DNA of 61,469 nt, filler included, from Choristocarpus tenellus KU-1152 (lineage: Eukaryota; Protista; Phaeophyceae): NCBI GenBank assembly GCA_964200185.2. It is 6 parts of 6 records of this genome, joined end to end, with 100 filler letters (N's around TTAATTAATTAA, not from the genome) between each part and the next. Parts side by side here need not be neighbours in the genome. Positions count along the whole stretch, not along the records: positions 1 to 5,562 come from CAXNAD020010418.1; positions 5,663 to 12,246 come from CAXNAD020007812.1; 4 more parts are not named here. One strand, 5' to 3'. The stretch's first letter is position 1. Every line of letters starts with the position of its first letter. The position numbers and the translations under genes are program-made. Below, piece by piece: positions 1-12,246 of the stretch. The notes beneath the pieces are model-generated. The model was not told where the DNA came from. It saw nothing but the letters and a program-made list of their open reading frames with translations, and ran no database searches.

Positions 1-48
1 AATTGACCCCAAATGGACAGCCGCCACCCCCTCCCAGATACTTTGAGC
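1..48 (+). mobile_element. MITE family B, right end (contig edge)
   Basis: AATTGACCCCAAATGGACAGCCGCCACCCCCTCCCAGATACTTTGAGC matches the end of the full copy at 46591-46769. Confidence 0.85.
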
Positions 49-1012
49 CATAATATGAAAAAAATGGCATTCGTATGTGCATTAATAAAATTCTATTGCA
101 GGACAAGGAACAGGGTTACTTTGCTCTTCACAACACTCTTTTCCGAAACAAGGAACAACCTTCAAATGTTTGCTTTAACTTACTCTCCACATGTCATTGT
201 TTTCTAGATTGAGCGATCTGCATATTTCTGCGTGTCTGCAAGGATGTAGATTGTCATGATATCATTGCCAAAATTGAATGTCTACAGAGTGATCTGGTAG
301 AGGCTACGGACAAAATTAGACAAGGGGATATCCCCTCACTGCAATATTGCAATCTGTTCCCTCGCCATCCAGGAAAGTCAAGTTCATGTGCTCATTGGCA
401 ATCTTCCCCCCCTTACCCTTCAAGTACCCTACAATATTGACGCCAAACCTTTAGGTTATGGGCATAGATGCGTTGCAGATTTGCGCCAATCAAACACAAC
501 TCCTCTGCAAGCAATTCCAGCCCATTTCGACAACATAAATCTTCGGCATCAGCACCGCCAACCAGGCCTTTGAGAACCACTCCCACTCGGTTGAATAACA
601 CTGTATACACCTGCAGGGGCCAGGAACGGGTGATCGAGGTGAATCACGTGGCTAGAGCTAATATTAGGGTTAATGAAAGGGTTTTTGTTGTTGCTATGTG
701 TAGTATGGACCTGGAACAGACCTGGTGCACGTACAGGGTCAGTGGTAGCAGCCGGGGGGAGAGGTTGCCTGTGTTGTCAGCAGGCAACCTCATGGGTCAA
801 GCAGAATGGGAAGATCAGGGAGGGCAAGGTGGCTATAAAACAGCATGGTCAGCATGGTTCATGATGAAATACAAAATCAAACACTCAATATTTCAAAGCA
901 AACTGAGAGGGAAGGGAACGCTACATCCTGCACAACTAGGGTTGAGGAGGATGAGGAGAAGGGGAGGATGTGCACAGGGAAGGAACAAATTCCTGATACA
1001 AGCTTTTGTAAT

Positions 1013-1272
1013 GAGTAAAAGTATCTTAGAGGGTACGAGATTTGCCCTGTTTGTCCATTTGGGGCTTGGCTTCCCATGGGTTGTTTTATGACATTTTACC
1101 TACTCCAAAATATCTCGGAGTAGGGAGAAATGTATATGTTATGAAAAGTGTCTCCGGAACAAGGATATTGACACTTCCTAACAAACACGATAGCCAAATT
1201 TACATCGAAATCGCAGCATTGGATTTTGATCCCCAAATAGACGCGGCTCTATCCTCTATGATACTTTGGCTC
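1013..1272 (+). mobile_element. MITE family A (~260 bp)
   Basis: Termini GAGTAAAAGTATCTTAGAGGGTA...TATCCTCTATGATACTTTGGCTC; interior matches 8 other copies; no clean TSD for this copy. Confidence 0.9.
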
Positions 1273-3099
1273 ACTGCTTGAATGGACTGACCACTGTATA
1301 CATTTACAAGAAAAGTTGAATTTTGCACACATTTGTCAGCATCCTTAAAATCCGACTCTGGTTACCTCTCGTTTAACCTGACTCAGACTGGAAAGTGTCA
1401 AAACAGTTAATAAAGCCCAACAATGAACAAATATGAATAATGCAAGAACACAAATGTATGCATGCAACAAAAATTGTAGCACACTATAATATCACTGAAC
1501 AGTTACATACTTCAAAGTATCACATGACAACTGACATACGTGGAAATGTCAGCACATGACTTGTCTGCACAAGTCCATCAACCACACTTCCTGTCATAAT
1601 GGGAAAAGAAAAAAACAATTTTAAATCTCTACCAAGGGCAAACACATAGATGATCCAGATAGCGCCTAAATAATTATCCCATCCAGTAGCCATATATTAA
1701 TGTGTGTCAGAAATACATACATTTTCAACTCATTATCTCTATCAATGCAAGTACAATAGTGTGCGGTGGTCACATTGTTTTCTCGCCAGTAGAGGTTCTT
1801 GAAATCTGGAGTACTTTGGAGTATGTTGATGGGTTTGTACGTCGATTTCATGTATTTGAGGCTCTGATATTGTTGTAAGACAAGGACACTCAGTCAGGTT
1901 CACCATATGAAGCTTTGCAGCCACCACCACAATTTTTTCCCGTGACACATTGGATCTTGCAAAATGGAACACACCAACCAAACACTCACTGTGCTACAAA
2001 GACGCCCTTGTGAAGACTGGGTGTGAGAGTGCAAAGACAACGGTGCAAAATGGAGACTCTTATTTGCAGGTTCAGTTGTACGTAACGGGTGTGAGCGATT
2101 TCTCCTAAGTGCTGGTGTTGGAGGAGCTTGCAAATTGAAAGGGGAAGCAAGGTGGACAGGAGAAGAATTGGTGGATGTGCCCAGAAGACGACCTTGAAAG
2201 GTTTGGGATCACAGTGTAGGGATGGAGCATAAGGTCGACCAACCAGCACAAGCAATACAAACGTGTGGTTGGCAGCACAATGAGCTTCGTGGCAGAATGC
2301 TTTTCCATGTAAGCTGTGATAGCTGGCGATGTCATGTAAAACCAGCAGCTAAGGCCACCTAAGCAACCACCACCACTTCTGTCTACTGAACCCTGCTTCC
2401 TCCTTGTAATTCTCCTTTGGTTGATTGTTCCTGTGTCTCTCTCCTTTCTCTTCTCCTTTGTTTGCCTTGTGAGACATGTAAGCAGTGGTGTTCTTTCAGA
2501 TTAGATTGAACTGATGTGAATAATAATATTGAAAATATCATTGGCCTGGAGAGCGAATACTGGTTCATTCCAAAGCTGATAATGCCAGCTTGCTTTGTAC
2601 CCACACAAATGCCCTCAAATAGATCTGCAAAAGTGTCAAACTTTCTTCCCAAACAAGTAGCTTCTATTTTTCCAAGCATTAGAATCTCCCCAGGGGCATA
2701 ATATAATTTTCCACAAAAAATTGAGAATGAAAAAGTGTAGCTGACATTTTCAGCTGTCAGACGTAGTCATAGTTGGTTTTGAGCACCTTGTAGACGATCG
2801 TCAAGGACTTCAAGCCTTGCCAGGTTCAATTTGACTACATTATTGCAATCAAACTCAAACATTGAAGGAAGATTTTGGGCACCCTGCTTTGGCCCTTTGT
2901 AGTGCTAGCAATGTGAATACTGCCAAGTATTTGTAGTTCTACCCCTTTCTGGAGGTACACCCCAAAAAGGATGCAAATTATAATTCATGATAAGGAACAC
3001 ACCGTATACATCAGAGCATCTTATATGATGGCTGAGGGCGACAAGGTATAGGAAATTTGAAAGAACAAGTCAAGTGATATACACAAAGCACAAAGGATA

Positions 3100-4500
3100 C
3101 TGCCACAAGGTCCAAGGAGAAAACTACTGTAGAGTTCCAACTGACCAATAATACTCTGGATCAACGTGCAAGGAAGCTTTGGTGGGCATGACCAATTGCA
3201 GGACGATGATGCTCCCCCACGCAGCCCTTCAGCTTGGGGGAGTGCATGGGAAGGAACTGGTCATCGACTGGGGACTGCAGGTCTGGCAAGGCGGAGAGAG
3301 ATCACTGTGGTGTTGAAAGAGGTTTTGGAGAGCAATAGTTCGCCTGTTGTTGCTGCTCAAAATATTATATCAGAGATCACCTGTGGCCTTACATCACGAC
3401 CTTGCAGAGATAATGCGCCTCCAGGATGTTGTGGCGAGATTTTGGAAACAAGGTGACTCTCAAGGCAGAGCAACTTACTCAGCAGATAGGGCCAGGAAGG
3501 AAATCAAGAAATACCACTGTACCATATTGTTGGAGAAGGCTCATCTTGGGGAGTCCATTGCTATATAGTAAACTCTTTGACATTTGATCTATTTTAATAT
3601 ACTAAGGATGAGGGCCCAGGGGACCAGTTGCACCATCCTCTCCTTTTCCTGGGCTTCAGAAATGAATGTGCGATTAATTCAGACGATAAGAGTGACAATC
3701 AGCATATACGTTCATGGTTCGATCCTTATTGCAGACACAGACTTCAGGATCGTCAGCTCTATATTGACTCTGAGAGGGCAAAGCATGAACTACACCCCTG
3801 TACCCTTTCTTCCCTCGTTCAAATCCTGATATTTTGCAAATCATCAACCTTTTGAGTATTTCCTAACAGCACCAGAACTCATCAAGGTACATGCTTGTAC
3901 TACCAAAGAGGATCGTGATAGGCAATGGCTAATATTCAAAAAAAAACAAAGCAAGAGAAAAGTCAACCTTCAAATTACCAAAACTTGAGCCATCAGAGTG
4001 TGCAGGAACGCCCATCGGCTTGAAGCAGTACCTCTATGAGAAGGGCCTACTTGTGACAGGCATGATGAAGGATGCAGAAGGCCAATATTCAATATTAAGC
4101 GCAATCATGTGCATGGGGAGCAGCCCAAGTTCAAGGCCATAAAACCTAGTCTTTTTGTCTTGGTGAAGAAACTGACTCGTGGAGATTGCTTGATGCGTTC
4201 CAAGTACTCCATTGCAACAATCTCAGCTTCACCCCATCAACTTGGTGCAGGGGCAAAGTCCTCAACGTACAAGGTGAGGCATCTGTGTTACTACACGCTC
4301 CTAAGACTGCAAAAGAGAGCACCCCTGAAATTCACCGCTCATGGTGGGATGGACATGGCACTGTTTGAGTAGAACTCTTGCAAGACCTAAATGTACCACA
4401 TAATATACAGGAGGGGTTTTTCCTGGATCAAAGACTGAAAGCAGCACAACGAGTATGCAACCGGTACAAGTCACACATGAGAACTGAACCATCTAAGCAC
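3100..4500 (+). pseudogene. Degenerate IS630/Tc1-type DDE transposase relic
   Basis: Frameshifted pieces GTPIGLKQYLYEKGLLVTGM, GEQPKFKAIKPSLFVLV, RGDCLMRSKY, WCRGK and VRHLCYYT resemble the 'KGLKxVLxERGL...QPDF...GHxCxFLPKFHCELNPIExxWxxxK' C-terminus of eukaryotic IS630/Tc1-like transposases; many stops; boundaries approximate. Confidence 0.6.
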
Positions 4501-4807
4501 TTGAGAGACTTTGATGTACCATCCGTGCTGATTGGTACTGTACCTACACTCTGTCACAAATGTGGGAAGTGCTTGTTTCGTCAGTGGAGTATTTTTAGCA
4601 GTCCTGGGTCATGGATATTGCAGGACTCTTCACCTGTCCGAGCAGGTAGTATGGCGAGGGTCTAGGACATGGCTGTGGGCTGACCCACGACCCGAACAGG
4701 TTAAACCAGTCGACGGCCATGGACGGACCTTATCAGAATATACTGGTACCAAGCCGGCCTGTGGGCAGCCTAGCCATATTGATACACTTGACTGCCATCA
4801 ATAAAAC

Positions 4808-5065
4808 GAGCCAAAGTATCTTAGAGGGTAGAGCCGCGTCAATTTGGGGGCCAAAATCTAATGTTGCGATTTTGATGTAATTTTGACTATATTGTTTGTT
4901 AGGAAGTGTCAATATCCTTATTCCGGACCCACCTTTTCATAGCGTATAAATTTCACCTACTCCGAAATATTTCGGAGTAGGTGAAAGTCGTATAAACCCC
5001 AAGGGAAGTCAAGCCCCAAATGGATAAACAGGGCAAAACTCGTACCCTCTAAGATACATTCACTC
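4808..5065 (-). mobile_element. MITE family A
   Basis: TIRs GAGCCAAAGTATCTTAGAGGGTA / TACCCTCTAAGATACATTCACTC; flanks AAAC/AAAT. Confidence 0.92.
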
Positions 5066-5493
5066 AAATAGCAAATTTAAGCAAACCAGCCCATCATATA
5101 TGTATCAAGATAGTACTACAGGATACATACATTAAAGTCAAATTATGTCCAAAATACTTTCAACAACATTTGGAAATAAACAAATTTCTTTTTATTTATT
5201 TCCCCTGACAACTTAATAGGCACCCCTGTAGGGTACTTCAACCAAGAATGGACAAAGGTCGTACTTGTACATTCTACTACCGTAGAACTTCAAAATATGT
5301 CTTAAACATAGCTCCCGGTTACCCAGTTGGATACAACATAGATGGCCCTGATCAGGACATACCAGAAAATATTTGAACCTCTTTGACCTACAGCACAGAC
5401 AGACTCCTACCCTTGTTTAACTGGTCTAGACAAATCAAAAAGTTATTGAAACCTGTCTGATCCACACATCAGATAGGTTACAATACGTGTTGG

Positions 5494-5562
5494 GATCCAA
5501 AGTATCTGGGAGGGGGGGGGGGGACTACACCAGCGTGTCCATTTGGACCAAAATCAGAACAG
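5494..5562 (+). mobile_element. MITE family B, partial (contig end)
   Basis: GATCCAAAGTATCTGGG-polyG-CTACACCAGCGTGTCCATTTGG running into the gap. Confidence 0.85.
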
Positions 5563-5662
5563 NNNNNNNNNNNNNNNNNNNNNNNNNNNNNNNNNNNNNN
5601 NNNNNNTTAATTAATTAANNNNNNNNNNNNNNNNNNNNNNNNNNNNNNNNNNNNNNNNNNNN
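5563..5662. other. Artificial contig linker (N-run, TTAATTAATTAA, N-run)
   Basis: Same linker with stops in all six frames also at 12247-12346, 20412-20512, 33123-33222 and 57298-57397. Confidence 0.95.
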
Positions 5663-5706
5663 GATCCCCCCCCCCTCCCCCCCCTCCCCCCCAGATACTT
5701 TGGGTC
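5663..5706 (-). mobile_element. MITE family B terminus (a different copy from 5494)
   Basis: polyC-CAGATACTTTGGGTC; GACCC-type end like 10185. Confidence 0.75.
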
Positions 5707-6337
5707 AAAAGACTGCCCCAGTGGTAGAGTTGTTTCTCACTATTTGACCAAATCGGAGGTCCGTCGTAGGTTTGAATTCCAGAATGGCATCTTCTCAACC
5801 CATTACAGGATTTGTATGTAGAATTTGTTTGTAGAATGATATTTCTCTGTGTGACATCAGGCTCAAGGGAAAAAACACCAAGGTCGAGATGGTTTCTTGG
5901 TGAGTGTGCACGACTGGCAGAGTGGTGGCTCGTGAATTGAGATGGGTAGCACCCCTGCCTATGATTCAGTTGGAAGTTGAGAGATGCTACTGTACCATCA
6001 GGACTGGCCATTGTGTCATGTCCTGGACAATGGTCATTTTAATATGGGTGAACATCTTAGGGTAATGCTAGCATTCAGAATTTCATTGTCTTGAGTATGC
6101 TGTGAAACAGAGGTATTTCAAGTAACCCACACCAATTTCCATCTCCAAGGCTAGAAACTTCAAGGTGCTACCCTTCTGGGTTGAGAATTACATCCAGTGT
6201 CGTCAACAGCGATGTGAGCACATGAGCTGACCATACTTCTCCACCAACAATACAATCTCCTCTTTCAATACTGCCCGGCCCATCAAAAAATCTCTCTCTT
6301 TCCCTTCCTCCCCCTGATCTTTTTTATCGTTATGCAG

Positions 6338-9300
6338 GCCTCTGCTCGGAGCAAGGCCCTGGGAATGCAGGGGCTGATGCACTTGAAAGAAATGGATGTT
6401 GAGATGCTGGAGTTTGACGATCAATCGTTTGACACTGTGGTTGACACCTTTTCGCTTTGTGTATTCAATAACCCGGTGCGTCTGGTATTTGTACAAGTGC
6501 AGGGGAAGAAACACACACATATATGTCTGTCTGTTTGTCTGTCTGCCTGTGATACACACAGTTGTGTGTTGGAGAGAGGGGCGTTGGGTTTTTGTAAGCG
6601 GCTTGTTTGAAGCTTGTGCTACTGAGAAGTCTATGGTAACTACTATGCTTGCTCTTCCCCTTTCCGTTGAAGAAAAAGTCATAACTGAACTTAACTTTCT
6701 TTTCACCCCTTCTACTTTCGAGGAGCATCCCCCCCCTTCATGCTACCATTGATCGTGAACCTCTTGAAATCATCTACTGTACAAAACTGTGGTGTCTAGC
6801 CCCACGTTTTACTGTTTTGAACTATGAATTTCACCAGGATTCTATTTCTGGGAATATGTATGTTCATCCTTTGTGTTACAGGTGGTGGCTCTTGGCGAGA
6901 TGGCACGGGTGTGCAAACCTGGAGGCAGAGTCCTTCTCCTGGAAAACAGGTGCTTTATTTATATCCACAGAGCAAGTAATTGATCAGTTCCCCATTTGTG
7001 TATGAAATAGAAGCAAGGGCCGAGGGTTGGGGTTAACTGGGGCCCATGTAGCCTTCACCTCAACCAACAATTGACATGTGAAAAAGGCTTCTAGTGATTG
7101 CTGTGCAGTGAAAATATTTTCGTTGATGGACTTTGAACATGGCATTGTGCTACTGCACTGATGTAGTATCGAGTGCGTGGCGTGGTCATTCCATGAGCCT
7201 CCAAGGCGTTACGTTAGGAGTATTTTATCCATAGTTTGAATACTTCAGGTGAGTTCGTGAGTGTTTCAAATTTCAAATGAGTGTTTCGAAATGACTTTCT
7301 TGGTGGAAAGGGTTTTGCAGGATATTCTGCTAGCTCTAGAATGGCTGATCCCTGATGCTGCTGGGGAGAGCGAGACTGACTCTTTCCTGCAACTAATTGT
7401 AGAGTGAGTGTATCTCTGGTATGGATCAAGGTTCATCCTGCATGCTTACCTTGGCAAGCATGATTTTGAGTTCAAGGTCAAACTTTCATTCACAGGCCAT
7501 ATACAGTTTCGTATTGTGGGGTTCATCCAAGTGCTTCCATCCCCGTGTTGACTTATCCATACATGAATGGCTCCGACCCGTTCTCCTGAACTATTTGATT
7601 ATCAGGTAAATTGTTCCATCTGAAGTGTGAGTCAAGAGTTGCGTTTTGCCCTTCCGGAACCTTGTGCCTTTTCACTCGCGAAGTAGAATGCAGGTTGCAA
7701 GTGTGTCGGATACAGGGCACTGTAGGCATTTTACCTTCAGTGCACATTAAACCAAATGACCCAAAGTTATCTTAGAGGGTAGCGCCACGTCCATTTGGGG
7801 GTCAAAATCCAATGTTGATATTTTTATGTAATTTTGACTATCGTGTTTGTTAGGAAGTGTCAATATCTATGTTTTGGACACACATTTTCATAATGTATAC
7901 ATTTTACCTAGGAGTGAAAGTATCTTAGAGGGTACGAGTTTTGCCCTGTTTGTCCATTTGGGGCTTGGCTTCCCATGGGCTTTTTATAACATTTTACCTA
8001 TTCCGAATTGTTTCAGAGTAGGTAAAAATGTACATGTTATTAAAAAGGTGTGTCCAGAACATCGATATTGACACATCCTAACACATACAATAGCCAAGAT
8101 AACATCAAAATTGCAACATTGGACTTTGGCCTCCAAATGGACACGGCTCTACCCTCTAAGATACTTCAGCTCCTACTCCTAAACATTTTGGAGTAGGAAA
8201 TTGTCATATGAAACCCATCAGAAGCCAAGCCCAAAATGGACAAACAGAGCAAAACTCGTACCCTCTAAGATACTTTCACTCAAATCATAGCTCTATTGTT
8301 AGAATTTCTTGTCTAATAGCTGTGGTTTCAATGAGAAGGAGGAATCCTATTATTCAGCGCCCTGAACATATTTGATACCTGTTCTGTGGACCTTTTCCCA
8401 CCATGTTGTCCATGCTCAAAGATTTGAGGTCTGAAAATATGTTGGGAAGGAGGGGAGGTAATGTAGAAATGATAGCGTCGGCAGTATGAAACTGATGACA
8501 ATATGATGCTGCATCGGTTTTAAACCGTTGGTGGTGCATCTGAACATCAGTGAGTCAAAGTAAACGAGAGGTAACCAGGGTTGATTTCTAAGGATACTGG
8601 TAAGTACGTTCAAATGTCAGATTTTAGTTCAAATTTTGTTCAAATTCGTGTAGGGAATCTTCTCGATTCTGTCCAAAATTTTCAACAAGAGAAAAATTAT
8701 CACTATAAAGTTAATCTTAGCACTTCACGCATGGAAAAAGGGGTGCATTGCATTATATATATTTTTTTAAAGAAGAGGTGGCTTAGAATGCAAAATGGCC
8801 AAAACCTGGGGTACCTCTCAATCAGTAGTATGATTTAAACCATCATACCGATCTGCCCACCCCAAAATATGTAGTCAGCGAGAATCTCCAATTCGTTGTC
8901 AAAATCAGCAGTCAGACAATATATCAGGTATACTTGCTTTCCCATTGGGAGGTACGTCTGCCTTCTATTCATTACCACCCCCACAATCTGATTGATTTCT
9001 TGAGCACCTCGTGACCTTGTTGTTTTGTTAGTGTGTCTACTGCTGTTGATATTTTGGACTTAAAGGTAGAGGCTGTAGCAAACCTACCCGAGAAAGATCC
9101 TTGCGTAGTGCCCCTCCCCCACCCCCCCCCCCCCCCAACTGCAAGAAGGTATCACTTCATCCTTGTATACATTGCACAGAGTTCCTGACAATACTATTTT
9201 TCCTCAATTTCGAAAATATGCCCCATCTGCCTGCCAAACTTTGCTTCCACTTGTCTCTGTGTGGTGCTGTAGTAAGAGCTCCTTTGGGCCTTTGGCTGCC

Positions 9301-9480
9301 TACCAAGACCTGACAGCTTCCACCATAGCTGAAGGTGGCGGTAAAGGGTGCTTCTGGAACCAGGATGTTGTTAGCCTTGTGCATAAAGCAGGGCTTAGGG
9401 TTATCCGTTCTTCGCCAGCATTGGGTGGGGTGTTTCTGACATTAGAGTGTGAGCCTGAGTTGAGGACACAGAAAATGTAA
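6338..9480 (+). CDS. Class I SAM-dependent methyltransferase (Methyltransf_11, OMS1/PmtA-like), last three exons: 6338-6475, 6882-6949, 9273-9480
   Basis: GT-AG exons join in phase to give ...[63 protein letters not shown]...GCFWNQDV...stop; motif II and post-II of class I MTases; 5' exons not found. Confidence 0.88.
7758..8281 (-). mobile_element. MITE family A (outer copy, interrupted by a nested copy) in the methyltransferase intron
   Basis: Perfect AAAT/AAAT 4-bp TSD; halves 7758-7911 and 8173-8281 rebuild one element. Confidence 0.9.
7912..8172 (+). mobile_element. MITE family A (inner nested copy)
   Basis: Complete TIRs GAGTGAAAGTATCTTAGAGGGTA...TACCCTCTAAGATACTTCAGCTC; flanks CTAG/CTAC. 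Confidence 0.92.
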
Positions 9481-10007
9481 GGTTATTGGGAGGAGACTTA
9501 CGGCAAGACTCAAAAGTTTTCCGTCATCAAATGGACCTCATGGTGCGGTCCTCTTATTTTTAAGGATACTAGTCTAGTGCTCATGACAAGTGTTTTGTTG
9601 GAAGCAGTGGAGTTGTAGAGGGTTACTTCAGAATGGTGTGTTTCTATCCAGGGTAGGCAGCATGTTGTGACGAGAACAGAACAAAATGAAAAAGAAAGAA
9701 CTTGTATAGGGGGATAATGATGATGAGACAGAAACAAAACCTTAATCTGCCCCTTCCTACGTACAGGTTGGGCATTCCCAAATCCTGGAGGGGACTGCTT
9801 GGAAAGCAGTATGCACTAGCAACCTATCGACTTTTTAACTCAATTCTTTTTATTGTAGGATGCACTCCCACAAAGTGAGGTTTGAAAGAATAACACTAGA
9901 CAAGTGGTTGATGCGTTGATGATTTTTTCAGATCCTGGATGGTGTGTGTGTGTGTCCGCGGATTGATCTCTTACTGCACAGTTGTAGGGTACTGGGGAGT
10001 GCGTTTG

Positions 10008-10185
10008 GGTCAAAGTATCCGGGGGGGGTGGCGGCTGTCCATTTGAGGTCAATTTTTTCATGTCCCGATTTTTGGTTATTTGGTTGCATTAGTCGGATGG
10101 ATAATGTAAATGCACTTTTCCTGATTTTGGTCCAAATTGATTCCCTGGTGTAGACCCCTCCCCCCCCCCCCAGATACTTTGGGTC
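10008..10185 (-). mobile_element. MITE family B (~180 bp), complete
   Basis: GGTCAAAGTATCC...CAGATACTTTGGGTC with perfect TTTG/TTTG TSD. Confidence 0.92.
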
Positions 10186-10299
10186 TTTGGTGTAGGTGTT
10201 GTGTTCTTCATTTTCCCCGGACGAAGATTTTTCGTTTGACTACCATTTGTACTCTTGATGCATTAGTACCTGTTGTGTCTCTTATCAGGGCTGACTTTT

Positions 10300-11500
10300 T
10301 ATTGTACGGATCGCAACAGCATACTAGACTTCGATACAGGTGGACGTCTCCCCACAGAATAGTGTCCAACAGATGGACCAGACTCACTGTTGATAATAAA
10401 TAGGAAATATTTCGGACCGTCCTTGTTGTGGACATCACACTGGAGGCATACCAATTGAGAGGTGTGCATGGTTGCAACATGAAGGAATACCAGAAATGGA
10501 CAATCCGTATCTTTTTGTACATGGTGAAAAGTGCCTTCACCAGTTGTGGTGATATTTGTGTGAGAAAAGGACTGCTCTCTATTTTGCAGACACCTTACAA
10601 TCAATTGGTTCAAGTCTCAGTTTGTCTCATCTTTTTATGGCAAGTACTGCATATGATATGCACGCGTTTTTGTGAAGGTTTGGTTTGTACTTTACGATGC
10701 TACTGGTGTGTGTAGAACACACTAGTGGGTGGAAAATGTTGGATGAAGATGTGCAACTTGAAGGTGCAGAATAGTTGTAAGTTGAGAAAACTAGAACAGG
10801 AAGATCAAACGTAGTGGAGGGCAAACACTTCATCCTTCACAAGTGCTTTATTGTGTTGGACAGAGTGGTAGTTGTGTACAATAGTATTTGTCTATTATAA
10901 GGCTAAAAAGGGACATCGATGAAACTAAGTGTAACGGGCATTTTATCCTCAAATATCTAGAGTCAATCACACTAGACCTGATGCTCTGGAGAAAAGGGGC
11001 TTACGCCATACTGGCAACCAAGAAACATGCAAAAGTTGAGTCCACTCGAAGTGTAAGTGCATCTTCTATCTCCTGCATTTGCCTTCAAAACAACTGAGTG
11101 TAAAATAAGTCAAAGGAAAAACATTTTTCTGATCCTCCCCTTACAACAAAGTCAACAATGGAATTACCACAAACTTCTCGGGCACGTGCTGTGCTCAACA
11201 GTTGTGAACCTATATCCCTCTTTTCGCTTCCACCGACCCTCAAGCACCTCATGCTTCTCGACAAACATGTGGCGAAAGTTGTCTCTGAGGGGATGATCCT
11301 AAACCTTCCTCCACCACAATCGTCACTTTTGAAAAAAGAAATCCTCTGTTTGAGGTTGACTATGTCTCCTGCAAACAATCTTATGGTCTTCTCACCGATG
11401 TTGTCACTCACTGACCTCAGTATATGTCCGAATACACATAGGTCCACAACTCATTGATCAGTTCAGTCTTTTGATCCACTCAACTTGTCTAAGCCCACAT
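10300..11500 (-). pseudogene. Degraded coding relic, possibly a TE-borne Ulp1-like peptidase
   Basis: ORF 11085-11447 has CGNSIVDF...CFSFDLFYTQL, loosely like Ulp1 'LNDEIIDF...FNSFFYTKL'; no catalytic His/Cys motif confirmed. Confidence 0.25.
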
Positions 11501-12211
11501 CTATCAAATACTCCTTTGCAAAATCACCATGGGTACTATTCGAGGGGTGGTACTATTGGGGGTTTTGCTGTTTTGATCTATCCCATCTTTGATAACTGAA
11601 TCTGCACACTCAGGAAGACGACTGTTGCACAATATATTGGAATTTCACTCTTCTCCTCCCTATCATGATCTTTCCTCCTCCACCCACCCGAGGCCTTGTG
11701 AGTGACAAGCTCCAAGACCATCACCGATTCTTGTTGGCCCTTCATCAGTCAAAGCTTTGAGGATACGCTATTCACATTTTGAGATCAAATGCCATCAACA
11801 TCCTCAAACTCTTCACCACCATGCCCGACCTTTGCACCTGTAGACTCCTCAGCCAAGGAGGAGGCAACATCAACTGGTTCATCTTCATCAGAGGCAGTGC
11901 CACCTCACCCTTTCCTATTTGCACCCTTCCCTGCAACATCCCCTCCTGAAAACCCACCACTCCTTCCATGCGTTGCACATGTGGTTGGTAGATGGTGGCA
12001 GGCAGGTATAATCGGAATGGCCACTGCCTGCAGGTTCCTGTTGTCTTTCTTGGATGACATAGATCTTGAGGACCCTTTAGCTTCTTTGTGACCATCTCAG
12101 AAACAGCACATCTCCCTTACCTTTTTCCAATGCTTTTCTTTTTGGCCTTCACTTTGATAGCACTCTGAGGATCATCATGACCAAGGTTACCTCCCCTCTT
12201 ACCTACCTGTG

Positions 12212-12246
12212 GGTCAAAGTATCTGGGGGGGGGGTGTCGGCGTCCG
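12212..12246 (-). mobile_element. MITE family B terminus (contig end)
   Basis: GGTCAAAGTATCTGGGGGGGGGGTG running into the gap. Confidence 0.75.

Noticed and set aside
468-1091. 207-aa ORF
   Set aside because: No recognisable domain; runs into MITE A
1042-1281. Recurrent small ORFs (MSGTRILTLP..., MGSQAPNGQTG..., ...LFVHLGLGFPW) as a peptide family
   Set aside because: They are translations of MITE A copies with inconsistent frames and stops
5607-5618. Recurrent TTAATTAATTAA palindrome as a biological motif
   Set aside because: Always centred in fixed-length N runs; an artificial linker
7912-7970. True RAG/Transib recombination signals
   Set aside because: No CAC heptamer or A-rich nonamer, and the TSD is 4 bp rather than 5; only the spacing logic is analogous
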